This document shows, piece by piece, positions 55,588 through 64,000 of a DNA stretch of 64,000 nt (position 1 is its first letter; the number at the start of each line of letters is the position of its first letter). Both the position numbers and the translations under genes were made by a program. The notes under the pieces were generated by a model that saw nothing but the letters and a program-made list of their open reading frames with translations, searched no databases and was not told the origin of the DNA. This stretch comes from an uncultured Actinomycetota bacterium. Lineage in GTDB: Bacteria > Actinomycetota > Actinomycetes > S36-B12 > GCA-2699445. The stretch spans positions 17,172 to 81,171 of the forward strand of contig CAVXYG010000012.1 in the NCBI GenBank assembly GCA_963766005.1, given 5' to 3'.

Positions 55588-56945
55588 GGCTGCACTCCTG
55601 CTTCTTCGGTCACGGTGGCCGAGAATCTCCCCCGAGCTACTCTGATCCGCACGACGGCGCCGGGCTCTGCGTCGGACGGCGCCCGGACGACATCGCCGCT
55701 CGAGGTCTGCACGATCGCGTAGCCCCGCTCCAGGGTGGCCAGCGGGGACAGAGCCCGGACCCGGGAGCGCAAGTGCGAGATCTCCGTCAGGTCGTGGTCA
55801 ACCCTGGCGGTCAGGGACCGGCGCGCTCGGTCAGCCAGTTCGGCCACGGCCTGCTCCCGCTGCGCCAGGAGCACTGTCGGCTCCGCGAGCACCGGGCGGA
55901 TGCGCAGGTTCTGCAGGACCTGCGCTTCGTGCTGCAGCCGATTGCGCAGCGCCCGCCGCCCGCGGACGCGCAGGTCGCGGACGCCGGCGATCTGCTCCGC
56001 CAGGTCGGGCACGATGCGCTTGCCGGCGTCTGTGGGGGTCGAGGCGCGCAGGTCCGCGACCAGGTCCAGCAGCGGTGAGTCGCGCTCGTGGCCGATGGCG
56101 CTGACCACCGGTGTTCCTGCCGCGGCCACTGCGCGCACCAGCGTCTCGTTGGAGAAGGGCAGCAGATCCTCCACCGACCCGCCGCCGCGCGCGATGACGA
56201 TGACGTCGATCCCCGGCAGCGCGTCGAGCTCGCGCAGCGCCGCGGAGACCTCGGACACCGCTCTGGGCCCTTGCACGGGCACGCTGCGGACCTCGAAGGG
56301 CAACCCCGGCCATCGGTTGCGCGCGTTGGTGATGACGTCCCGCTCCGCGTCGGAGTTGCGGCCGCTGATGAGGCCGACACGCTGCGGGAGGAACGGCAAC
56401 GGACGCTTGCGCTCAGGCCGAAACAGCCCCTCGGCCTCCAATGCCTGCCGCAAGCGCTCCAGTTGGGCGAGCAGCTCGCCCAAGCCGACTTTGCGGATGG
56501 CGATGGCTCGCAGTTGGAGGCTGCCGCGCTTGACCCAGAACTCGGGGACGGCCCGGATGATCACATGGTCGCCCTGCGCCAGATCGGGGACTTGCCGCAG
56601 CGCGTGCTGCGGGGCGAAGACCGGCAAGGAGGACTCCTCAGCGAGGTCTCGCAGCGTCAGGTAGGCGGCGTCGCGGCGGTGGTTCAGCTGTGCGATCTGC
56701 CCCTCGATCCATCGGTCGCCGAGGCGCTTGATCCAGCCATGGATCGCCCGGGAGACCCACGCCACGCTGGCCGGATGCTCTTGATCTGCTCCGGGGCGCA
56801 CTGCGGAGTCGAGCTCCTCGGCGACCCCATCGGCGCCGCTGCGAAGGCCGCGCGACGCGCCACCGGCGGCGTCCGACGCGTCCTGGGCCGCCGAGCCGTC
56901 AGCGCGCCCTGTCGACCTGCCGCCGTCAGCCATCAGCCCCCCCAA
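55584..56945 (-). CDS. xseA: exodeoxyribonuclease VII large subunit
   Basis: ORF 55584..56945, 453 aa, 4-bp overlap with xseB. OB-fold region VWVEGQI-like ([10 protein letters not shown]). [26 protein letters not shown] motifs. The true start may be the internal Met a few codons in. Confidence 0.9.
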   Translation of the reverse strand: MGGLMADGGRSTGRADGSAAQDASDAAGGASRGLRSGADGVAEELDSAVRPGADQEHPASVAWVSRAIHGWIKRLGDRWIEGQIAQLNHRRDAAYLTLRDLAEESSLPVFAPQHALRQVPDLAQGDHVIIRAVPEFWVKRGSLQLRAIAIRKVGLGELLAQLERLRQALEAEGLFRPERKRPLPFLPQRVGLISGRNSDAERDVITNARNRWPGLPFEVRSVPVQGPRAVSEVSAALRELDALPGIDVIVIARGGGSVEDLLPFSNETLVRAVAAAGTPVVSAIGHERDSPLLDLVADLRASTPTDAGKRIVPDLAEQIAGVRDLRVRGRRALRNRLQHEAQVLQNLRIRPVLAEPTVLLAQREQAVAELADRARRSLTARVDHDLTEISHLRSRVRALSPLATLERGYAIVQTSSGDVVRAPSDAEPGAVVRIRVARGRFSATVTEEAGVQP

Positions 56946-57039
56946 CCCTGCTCCGTTGACAACCCTAGCGAGCCGGTCCGACCCCGGCGCCGAGGCTGGG
57001 CCGGGGGCGGGCCGGTGCCGCTGCGCCTACGATGGAGGC

Positions 57040-58014
57040 ATGGCAGACAACCGACGCGTCCTGCTCGCCGCTCCCCGCGGGTTCTGCGCCGGCGTCGACC
57101 GCGCGATCGTCGTGGTCGAGGAAGCGCTGAAGCTCTACGGGGCGCCCGTGTACGTGCGCAAGCAGATCGTGCACAACAAGTTCGTCGTGGCCTCGCTGGA
57201 GGATCGCGGCGCGATCTTCGTCGAGGAGACAGACGAAGTGCCCGAGGGATCGGTCCTGGTGTTCTCGGCGCACGGCGTGTCCCCGGCTGTGCGCCAGGAG
57301 GCCGACGAGCGCGGGCTGCGCACGATCGACGCCACGTGCCCGCTGGTGACGAAGGTGCATCGGGAGGCGCGGCGGTTCGCCGACGAGGGATACCGCATCA
57401 TGCTCATCGGGCACGACGGCCACGAGGAGGTCGAGGGGACGGCAGGCGAGGCACCCGAGGCCACGACGCTCGTCGAGCACCCCGACGACGTGGCGAAGCT
57501 CGACATCGAGCCGGGGGCGAAGGTGGCTTGGCTCTCGCAGACGACACTGTCGGTCGACGAGACCCTGGCGACGGTCGACGAGCTGCGCAAGTCCATCCCC
57601 GATCTCATCAACCCCCCCAGCGACGACATCTGCTATGCCACGCAGAACCGGCAGTCCGCGGTGAAGCTCCTCGCCCCGCAGGCCGATCTCGTCATCGTCG
57701 TCGGATCGGCCAACTCCTCCAACTCGGTGCGGTTGGTCGAGGTCGCGCTCGAGGCCGGAGCGAAGTCGGCCTACCGGGTCGACGGCGTGGACGAGATCGA
57801 TCCGCACTGGCTCGAAGGCGCCGACGTTGTCGGGGTCACCAGCGGGGCATCGGTTCCGGAGGTGCTGGTGCACGGGGTGCTGAAGCACCTGGAGGACCTC
57901 GGCTATCCGCAACCGGAAATCATCGAGGCGATCGAGGAGCGAGTGCGGTTCGCCCTGCCGCCCAACCTCCGTCGCGACATGAAGGCGGCTGCAGCCGCGG
58001 CTGTCCAGGCCTGA
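57040..58014 (+). CDS. ispH: 4-hydroxy-3-methylbut-2-enyl diphosphate reductase
   Basis: ATG 57040 preceded by GGAGG, 324 aa. [49 protein letters not shown]. Confidence 0.95.
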   Translation: MADNRRVLLAAPRGFCAGVDRAIVVVEEALKLYGAPVYVRKQIVHNKFVVASLEDRGAIFVEETDEVPEGSVLVFSAHGVSPAVRQEADERGLRTIDATCPLVTKVHREARRFADEGYRIMLIGHDGHEEVEGTAGEAPEATTLVEHPDDVAKLDIEPGAKVAWLSQTTLSVDETLATVDELRKSIPDLINPPSDDICYATQNRQSAVKLLAPQADLVIVVGSANSSNSVRLVEVALEAGAKSAYRVDGVDEIDPHWLEGADVVGVTSGASVPEVLVHGVLKHLEDLGYPQPEIIEAIEERVRFALPPNLRRDMKAAAAAAVQA

Positions 58015-58058
58015 CCCGGCCGCTCGACAGCCCGCTTCGCCGCGCGAGGACGGCCGCC

Positions 58059-59273
58059 TCAGCCGGTGGCCTCGCTGCCGCCGATCGCGCGCAGCACTGT
58101 GGAGTCGCTCACGTCGACCTCGGCCAAGGCCGGTGGCTGGGCAACCCGCTCCACCGGTGCGGTGGTCGGGATCTCGTCGGTCACAAGGTTGAGCTCGCTG
58201 AACCTGCGTGCCTGCACGAGGACTCGGCTCTCGTAGGAGGCCACCGTCTTGTTGTAGGCCCGGACGGCCGCGTCGAGGGATTTCCCCACCTCGCGGAAAT
58301 GCCCGGACATCGTGGCCAGCCGTTTGTGCAGCTCCGCACCCAGAGCATGGATCTCGCGTGCGTTCTGCGCCACCGCCTCCTGGCGCCAGCCGTGGTTCAC
58401 GGTGCGGAGCAGCGCCAGCATCGTGGTGGGCGTCGCCAGCGCCACGCCCTTGCCGAAGGCATGATCCAGCAGGCCGGCATCGGCGGAGAGCGCGAGCGAC
58501 AGCAGGCTCTCCGCCGGCAGGTACAGCACGACGAGCTCCGGGCTGTCGGCCAGCAGCTCGGAGTAGCGGCGTGCGGCCAGCGTGTCGATATGGGACTTCA
58601 GCGCAGCGGCGTGGCGTTGCAGGACCGCGGCGGAGTACGTATCGGACTCGTCGCCGTGATCCTCCAGCAGCGCGTCGAGCGGTACCTTCGCGTCGACGAC
58701 GATGTCCCGGCTGCCGGCGAGGTGGACGATCATGTCCGGGCGCTTGCTGGCATCCACGCCGGCGATCGTCGCCTGCGACTCGAAGTGGACCCGCTCGAGC
58801 ATCCCCGCAGTCTCGACGAGCCTGCGCAGCTCGCTCTCGCCCCACAGACCGCGAACGTTGGTCCGGCTCAGGGCCTTGCTCAGCTTCCGCGCCTCCCGCT
58901 GGACCTCGTCGGTTGCGGTTCTGGTCAGTTCCCCCTGGCTCTGCAGCTGGGCCTTCACCTGTGCATGAGCCGCAGCTCGCCCCTTCTCGGCCTCGACGAC
59001 CTGCTGCTGCAGGGAGTCCAACTGCTTGTGCAACGTGCCCAGGCGCGCGGTGGTATCGGCATCGGACTGCTGCTGCAGGCGCAGTGCATCGACCTGCTGC
59101 TGCGTCGACGTGAGTCGGCCTTCGATCGCGGCCTTGGACAGCTCCACGCCCTGCAGCTCGGCGCGCGCGGCGGCCAACTCCGCCGTCGACTTGGACCGGG
59201 CCAGCAGGTAGCCGAGGGCGATGCCGAGCACCGCCACGATGAGGACGAGGACAACGACGAGGAATCCGGTCAT
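58059..59273 (-). CDS. rmuC: DNA recombination protein RmuC
   Basis: ORF 58059..59273, 404 aa. N-terminal TM, long coiled coil, and a C-terminal nuclease-like region (PDMIVHLAGSRDIVVDAKVP...). Confidence 0.9.
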   Translation of the reverse strand: MTGFLVVVLVLIVAVLGIALGYLLARSKSTAELAAARAELQGVELSKAAIEGRLTSTQQQVDALRLQQQSDADTTARLGTLHKQLDSLQQQVVEAEKGRAAAHAQVKAQLQSQGELTRTATDEVQREARKLSKALSRTNVRGLWGESELRRLVETAGMLERVHFESQATIAGVDASKRPDMIVHLAGSRDIVVDAKVPLDALLEDHGDESDTYSAAVLQRHAAALKSHIDTLAARRYSELLADSPELVVLYLPAESLLSLALSADAGLLDHAFGKGVALATPTTMLALLRTVNHGWRQEAVAQNAREIHALGAELHKRLATMSGHFREVGKSLDAAVRAYNKTVASYESRVLVQARRFSELNLVTDEIPTTAPVERVAQPPALAEVDVSDSTVLRAIGGSEATG

Positions 59274-59672
59274 GCCTCAAGAGTGCCCGCACGGTCCGAC
59301 ACCAAACGGGGACCTGGGACCTGCGCGCGTTCCGGTCCGGGGCGGCAGGCCCGGCGCCACCCCCGAGCGGTGCCGCCCGGTGTCCTGCGGCGCAACGCAG
59401 CTCCGGTCGGCGCAGCTCGACCCCGCGGGGCCGCTGCGGCGATCGGCACGGTCTCCGCGACATCCCGTCGGCTGCACATCCGTGGCGGCCTCGACCACGG
59501 TTGGCGGCGCCATGCGGCGCCCGGCGGCCCTGAACGCGCATCGGCCGGCCCCGCCGACCCGCTCAGAGATCTGCGGTCGCACGACATCTCGAGGTCCTGC
59601 TGCACCGGATGCGGCCCGTGGCGGTTCCAGCGGCGTCAGCGTGCCCGGCTGCACCGCCTACCATGGTGAATC

Positions 59673-60764
59673 GTGGCTCTCACCATCGGCATCGTCGGTC
59701 TTCCCAACGTCGGCAAGTCGACGCTCTTCAACGCCCTGACCAAGAACGACGTCCTGGCAGCCAACTACCCCTTCGCGACGATCGAACCGAACACCGGCGT
59801 GGTCGGCGTCCCAGATCCGCGGCTGGCGCGATTGGCGCAGGTGTTCGGGTCGGCGAAGATCGTGCCGGCGACCGTCACGTTCGTCGACATCGCCGGCATC
59901 GTCCGCGGCGCAAGCGAAGGCCAGGGCCTCGGGAACCAGTTCCTGGCCCACATCCGGGAATCGGATGCGATCTGCCAGGTGCTGCGGGCGTTTTCCGACC
60001 CGGACGTGGTGCACGTCGAGGGACGGATCGATCCGGCCGAGGATATGGCGACGATCAACACCGAGCTGATCCTCGCGGATCTGCAAACGCTGGACAGGGC
60101 CATCCCGCGGCTGGAGAAGGAAGCGCGGATGGCCAAGGAGCGGGGCGCGGTCCTGGAGGCGGCGAAGCAAGCCAGCGAAGTCCTGGACGCCGGCCAGACG
60201 GTGTTCTCCGCAGGGCTTGACCTCGAGCCGCTGCGCGAGCTGTTCCTCCTCACGGCCAAGCCCTTCCTCTACGTGCTCAACGTCGATGAGGAGGAACTCG
60301 GCGACGAGGAGTTCAAGGCCCGCATGCGACGCCTGGTGGCCCCGGCGGAGGCGGTCTTCCTCGATGCCAAGCTGGAGGCCGAGCTCGCCGAGCTGGACGA
60401 GGACGATGCGACGGAACTGCTGGCCTCAGTGGGGCAGGACGAGCCCGGCCTGCACGCCCTGGCCCGGGTCGGCTTCGACACCCTCGGACTGCAGACCTAT
60501 CTGACCGCGGGCCCCAAGGAGGCGCGGGCCTGGACGATCCGTCAGGGCGCGACGGCCCCGGAAGCCGCGGGTGTGATCCACACGGACTTCCAGAAGGGCT
60601 TCATCAAGGCCGAGGTGGTCTCCTTCGACGACCTCGTGGCCGCCGGATCGATGGCCGAGGCCAGAGCCCGCGGTCGCGTGCGGATGGAGGGCAAGGAGTA
60701 CCCGATGGCCGACGGGGATGTCGTGGAGTTCCGCAGCGGGTTGGCCTCCGGCGGCAGGAAGTAG
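59673..60764 (+). CDS. ychF: redox-regulated ATPase YchF
   Basis: ORF 59673..60764 (GTG start), 363 aa. GIVGLPNVGKSTLFNALT, DIAGIVRGAS, and a TGS domain at the C-terminus. Confidence 0.95.
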   Translation: MALTIGIVGLPNVGKSTLFNALTKNDVLAANYPFATIEPNTGVVGVPDPRLARLAQVFGSAKIVPATVTFVDIAGIVRGASEGQGLGNQFLAHIRESDAICQVLRAFSDPDVVHVEGRIDPAEDMATINTELILADLQTLDRAIPRLEKEARMAKERGAVLEAAKQASEVLDAGQTVFSAGLDLEPLRELFLLTAKPFLYVLNVDEEELGDEEFKARMRRLVAPAEAVFLDAKLEAELAELDEDDATELLASVGQDEPGLHALARVGFDTLGLQTYLTAGPKEARAWTIRQGATAPEAAGVIHTDFQKGFIKAEVVSFDDLVAAGSMAEARARGRVRMEGKEYPMADGDVVEFRSGLASGGRK

Positions 60765-61029
60765 CAGCCTGCCTCAGGCCGAGCCCTGGGCGGCCAGCGC
60801 GCCGTTCCCCGGCCTTGCCGGCCAGCGCTCGCCGGGGCCGAGGCAGCCGGTACCGGCTCCGCTGCCCCGTGAGCGTCGCGCCGCGGCAGGTCGATCCGCG
60901 CGGGCCGCGGCCGGTGGCGGGCTGGATGCGGAGATCCGGTTCCCCGGCGCCTGAGCCCGGTGTCGGGACGCAGGATTACGGTTGCTCGTGCGAGGGTCTC
61001 CATCCCTGGCGAGTCCTACGGGGGAGCAC

Positions 61030-61659
61030 ATGAGCAACGGGAACACAGCGGGCGCCGAAGTCGCGGTCCAGCAGGTCTCGTCCGCGATGGGCGGTCTGGT
61101 CGTGGACGAGCAGCTCCTGGTCTACGGCGGCTTGGCCGGCTACTACGCGACGCTGACCGGCAATGAGACCACCGCGCCGTCCCTGCAGCCCATCGTCGAC
61201 GTCCTCGTCGCACTGCGCACGCGCCCGTGCCGTTGGTGCGGCGGCGGCGCACGGGGGCACGCCCTGGACGTGTCGGCGTTCGGGGTCGAGGTCCGCTGCC
61301 TCGCCGACGACCGGAGCCGGCCCGTGCCGCAGTGGTCGGACGGGCCGTCGCAGATCTCGCCGCTGTACTTGGTCGCCTCGGCCCTGGCTTGGGTGGGATT
61401 GCCGCTGCTGTCGATGGGGTTGTTGTCGTGGCTGATGCCGCTGCTCGCCGCGGTGCGCCGCAGTCGAACGTCGTGGGGCGTAGCAGCCGCGCTCCTGTTC
61501 GGCCTCGTGGTCGTCTCGTTGGCCGTCCCATCCTCGGCGGGCGTGTACCTGCTGATGAGCGCATGGTGCTTCGGCGCCGTCTACGGCGGCCTGCAGGTCC
61601 GTCCATGGGTGGCGGGCCGACGCGAGCGATTGTCGGGCCGGGCCCCCATCCATCGCTGA
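61030..61659 (+). CDS. hypothetical membrane protein (soluble CxxC-containing N-domain plus about 4 TM helices)
   Basis: ATG 61030 preceded by GGGGAG, 209 aa. CRWCGG motif. C-terminal hydrophobic segments. Family not recognised. Confidence 0.5.
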   Translation: MSNGNTAGAEVAVQQVSSAMGGLVVDEQLLVYGGLAGYYATLTGNETTAPSLQPIVDVLVALRTRPCRWCGGGARGHALDVSAFGVEVRCLADDRSRPVPQWSDGPSQISPLYLVASALAWVGLPLLSMGLLSWLMPLLAAVRRSRTSWGVAAALLFGLVVVSLAVPSSAGVYLLMSAWCFGAVYGGLQVRPWVAGRRERLSGRAPIHR

Positions 61660-61681
61660 GGCATCGTGCGGCGCTGGAGGG

Positions 61682-62308
61682 CTACGACTCGCCGCTCGCC
61701 CCGCCGGCGCGTCGGCGCAGGACCGCGATGGCGTCGATCCACACGCCGGCCTCGGTGACGCGACGGCGCGACTCCGCGACGACCACCTCCGGGGCGTGCG
61801 GCACCAGCCCCAGCGCACCCAGCACCTCATCGGCCCCGTAGAGCACTGCGGGATCCGGCGGCCCGCCCGCTGTCCCCTCGACAGCGTTCGCGGGGTCGTG
61901 GGCGACCACGAGCAGGGTGCCCGCGGTCGCGGCCCAGGCCGCCCGCAGCGCGGCTTCGCGCACCGCCGCGTCGGGCGTGTGCAGGAAGTGCATCGTCACC
62001 AGGTCGAAGGTCCGATCCGGTCGCCAACCGGCCGACAGGTCCGATTGCACCCACGTGATGCGGTCCGCGACACCGGCGCTGGCGGCCGCCGCGCAACCGC
62101 GTTCCAGGGCCGCTTGGGCGAAGTCGACCGCGTGCACCCGCCAGCCCTGCGACGCCAACCACACGGCATCCGCGCCCTCGCCGCAAGCGAGGTCCAGGGC
62201 GGAACCCGTCGGGAGTTCGGAGGCGACCGTCCGCACCCAGGGGTTCACCCTGCCCGACCACACCCGGTCCGGCTGGGAGTAGCGCTCCTCCCACGCTTGT
62301 TGGGTCAT
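61682..62308 (-). CDS. class I SAM-dependent methyltransferase
   Basis: ATG 62308 in ORF 61682..62401, 208 aa. WEERY...ALDLACGEGADAVWLA (motif I), VHAVDF, DLVTMHF. Confidence 0.8.
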   Translation of the reverse strand: MTQQAWEERYSQPDRVWSGRVNPWVRTVASELPTGSALDLACGEGADAVWLASQGWRVHAVDFAQAALERGCAAAASAGVADRITWVQSDLSAGWRPDRTFDLVTMHFLHTPDAAVREAALRAAWAATAGTLLVVAHDPANAVEGTAGGPPDPAVLYGADEVLGALGLVPHAPEVVVAESRRRVTEAGVWIDAIAVLRRRAGGASGES

Positions 62309-62348
62309 GGCGCCAACCGGCCCGGCAGCGCAGCCCCGGACGCAGCCG

Positions 62349-62621
62349 TCATGCCGCGGCAGAGATTCGGCGGGCCAGCTCGAGGTCGGTATCGGTGACA
62401 CCGCCGGCCTCGTGGCTCACCACCGACAGCGCCACCTGATTCCACCGGATGTCGATGTCCGGGTGGTGCTGCATGGCTTCGGCCACCTCACCGATCCGGT
62501 TCACCGCGGCCAGCGCCTCGGCGAAGTCGGCGTAGGTGTAGGTGCGGCGCAGCCCCTGCATGCTGCCCTCCCAGCCGGCAGGCATGCCGTTGGCGATCTC
62601 GTCCTGCGTCAGTAGCACCAT
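62349..62621 (-). CDS. 4a-hydroxytetrahydrobiopterin (pterin-4-alpha-carbinolamine) dehydratase
   Basis: ATG 62621 preceded by AAGGAGG, 90 aa. F..A..AV.RIGEVAEAMQHHPDIDIRWNQV is the PCD signature. Confidence 0.85.
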   Translation of the reverse strand: MVLLTQDEIANGMPAGWEGSMQGLRRTYTYADFAEALAAVNRIGEVAEAMQHHPDIDIRWNQVALSVVSHEAGGVTDTDLELARRISAAA

Positions 62622-62637
62622 GTCGTCCCTCCTTCGG

Positions 62638-64000
62638 TCAGTGCATGTGTCCGGTCCGTGCCACTTCGAGCGCCTCCTCCGCGTCGAGGTCGGCATGCTT
62701 GGCCAGCTTGCTCGGCCACCAGCTCTTCGGTCCGATCAGGATGACGGCGGAGGGGACCACCAGCGACCGCACGATGATCGTGTCGATGAGCACCCCGACC
62801 GCGACGATGAACGCGATCTGGAACAGGAACAGCAGCGGCAGCACCGCCAGCGCGCTGAACGTGGCAGCCAGGACGATACCGGCGCTGGTGATGACACCGC
62901 CGGTCACCGCAAGGGACCGCAAGATGCCGGCGCGGTTGCCGAACCGGACCGTCTCCTCCCGGGCCCTGGTCATGAGAAAGATGTTGTAGTCGATACCGAG
63001 CGCTGCGAGGAACACGAAGGCGAACAGCGGCACGGACGCATCGGCGCCGGGCAGATCGAGGATCTGGTAGAAGAAGATCGCAGCCAGGCCCAACGTGGCC
63101 GAGAACGAGATGATCACCGTCGCGATCAGCAGCAGCGGCGCCACGATCGCCCGCAGCAGCAGCATCAGCACGATGAGCGTGACCAGCAGCACCGCGGGAA
63201 TGATGACCCGCAGGTCGCGCTGGGTCGCGGTGTTCGTGTCGAGCGCAGTGGCCGTGGTGCCACCCACCAGCGCCTCGGTGCTGACCTCGTCGAGCGCGAT
63301 CCGCAGGTCTGCCACCGTCTCCTCGGCCGCCGCGGAATCCGCCTGGTCCACCAGCGTCACCTGCAGCTGGACATTGCCCTGCGACACGATCGGCTGCGCG
63401 TTCGGTCCGGGCGGGCCGTCGGTGAGCGGAATCACCGAGGCAACGCCGTCGGTGGCGCTGATGACCGCGGTCATCGCCTCGATCTGCGCGGCTGGACCGA
63501 TCACGACGGTCTCGCTGCCGGATCCGGCCGGGAAGTGGCGCGCCAGCGCATCCTGGCCCTCGGTGGACTCCACCGTGGCGAGGAAGAAGTCCGAGGTCGG
63601 CACCCCGTCGGCCTTGAACGTGGGCAAGAAGGCCGACAGCCCGATGAGCACGACCAGGGACAGCGCCAGCACCAGGCGCGTGCGGCGATCCACGAAGCCG
63701 GCGACCCGCGACCAGAACCCGCTGACGGTCGCCTCCGGGTCGGTCATGTCCACCTTGGGCTTGGCAGGCCAGAAGGCGCGGCGGCCGAGCAGGACCAGGC
63801 ATGCCGGCAGGAACGTCAGCGCAGCGATCATCGCGAAGGTCACGCCGATCGCCGCGACCGGGCCCAGGCCTCGGTTGGCGTTGAGTTCCGACAGCAGCAG
63901 CGTCATCACGCCCAGGGCCACCGTGCCGGCCGATGCCGCCACCGCTTCCCACGTGCCGCGCAGCGTCCGGCCCATCGCGTCGACCGGGGACTCCGTGCGC
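62638..64000 (-). CDS. MMPL family RND-type transporter, C-terminal part (5' end outside the window)
   Basis: ORF 62638..63975 and beyond; the frame is open to the window edge. Second TM bundle with LGIDYNIFLMTR and GVLIDTIIVRSLVVP motifs. Confidence 0.85.
   Translation of the reverse strand, partial: RTESPVDAMGRTLRGTWEAVAASAGTVALGVMTLLLSELNANRGLGPVAAIGVTFAMIAALTFLPACLVLLGRRAFWPAKPKVDMTDPEATVSGFWSRVAGFVDRRTRLVLALSLVVLIGLSAFLPTFKADGVPTSDFFLATVESTEGQDALARHFPAGSGSETVVIGPAAQIEAMTAVISATDGVASVIPLTDGPPGPNAQPIVSQGNVQLQVTLVDQADSAAAEETVADLRIALDEVSTEALVGGTTATALDTNTATQRDLRVIIPAVLLVTLIVLMLLLRAIVAPLLLIATVIISFSATLGLAAIFFYQILDLPGADASVPLFAFVFLAALGIDYNIFLMTRAREETVRFGNRAGILRSLAVTGGVITSAGIVLAATFSALAVLPLLFLFQIAFIVAVGVLIDTIIVRSLVVPSAVILIGPKSWWPSKLAKHADLDAEEALEVARTGHMH

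Noticed and set aside
56088-59669. 1193-aa plus-strand ORF and the 858-aa minus-strand ORF at 56965..59541.
   Set aside because: They overlap xseA, ispH and rmuC out of frame or antisense. Both have low-complexity Arg/Gly/Pro composition and no motifs.
1-64000. Searched intergenic regions by eye for tRNA/rRNA signatures (GTTCGAATC-type T-loops, rRNA blocks), IS inverted repeats and integrase or transposase motifs.
   Set aside because: None found. The only GTTCGAA occurrence is inside the clpC start codon region.

Overview
High-GC (roughly 70%) actinobacterial chromosomal window with a core-genome backbone: clpC, mutY/radA, proC-bS22-epimerase-acyltransferase synteny, greA, phoH2, murT/gatD, xseAB-ispH, rmuC and ychF. 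I can support about 65 protein-coding genes. Most other long ORF-track entries are antisense or out-of-frame artefacts of the GC content. I saw no rRNA, tRNA, CRISPR array, transposase or integrase. The most unusual feature is a roughly 1.8 kb insert inside a 2-oxoacid:ferredoxin oxidoreductase operon. It consists of an AbiEi-like/DUF559 gene plus about 9 tandem units of a 63-bp repeat (18 GGTGCARACCCC cores), with inverted copies of the same core on its left flank. This looks like a MIRU-like minisatellite or structured-RNA element, not a coding repeat and not a CRISPR. Other points worth a second look: (1) a SipW-type signal peptidase / TasA-like fibre-protein pair next to a decayed response-regulator remnant; (2) a tandem pair of Rpf-like secreted muralytic genes sharing a 354-bp near-identical repeat, the second copy frameshifted inside an Ala/Glu codon repeat; (3) an 8-bp (GGCGGCCC)n microsatellite upstream of a proline dehydrogenase-proC pair; (4) an orphan Flp/TadE mini-locus; (5) a frameshifted murT; (6) several truncated gene remnants (NYN, aldo/keto reductase, OmpR-type regulator). 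Every family assignment comes from reading the translated ORFs by eye; no database search was possible.
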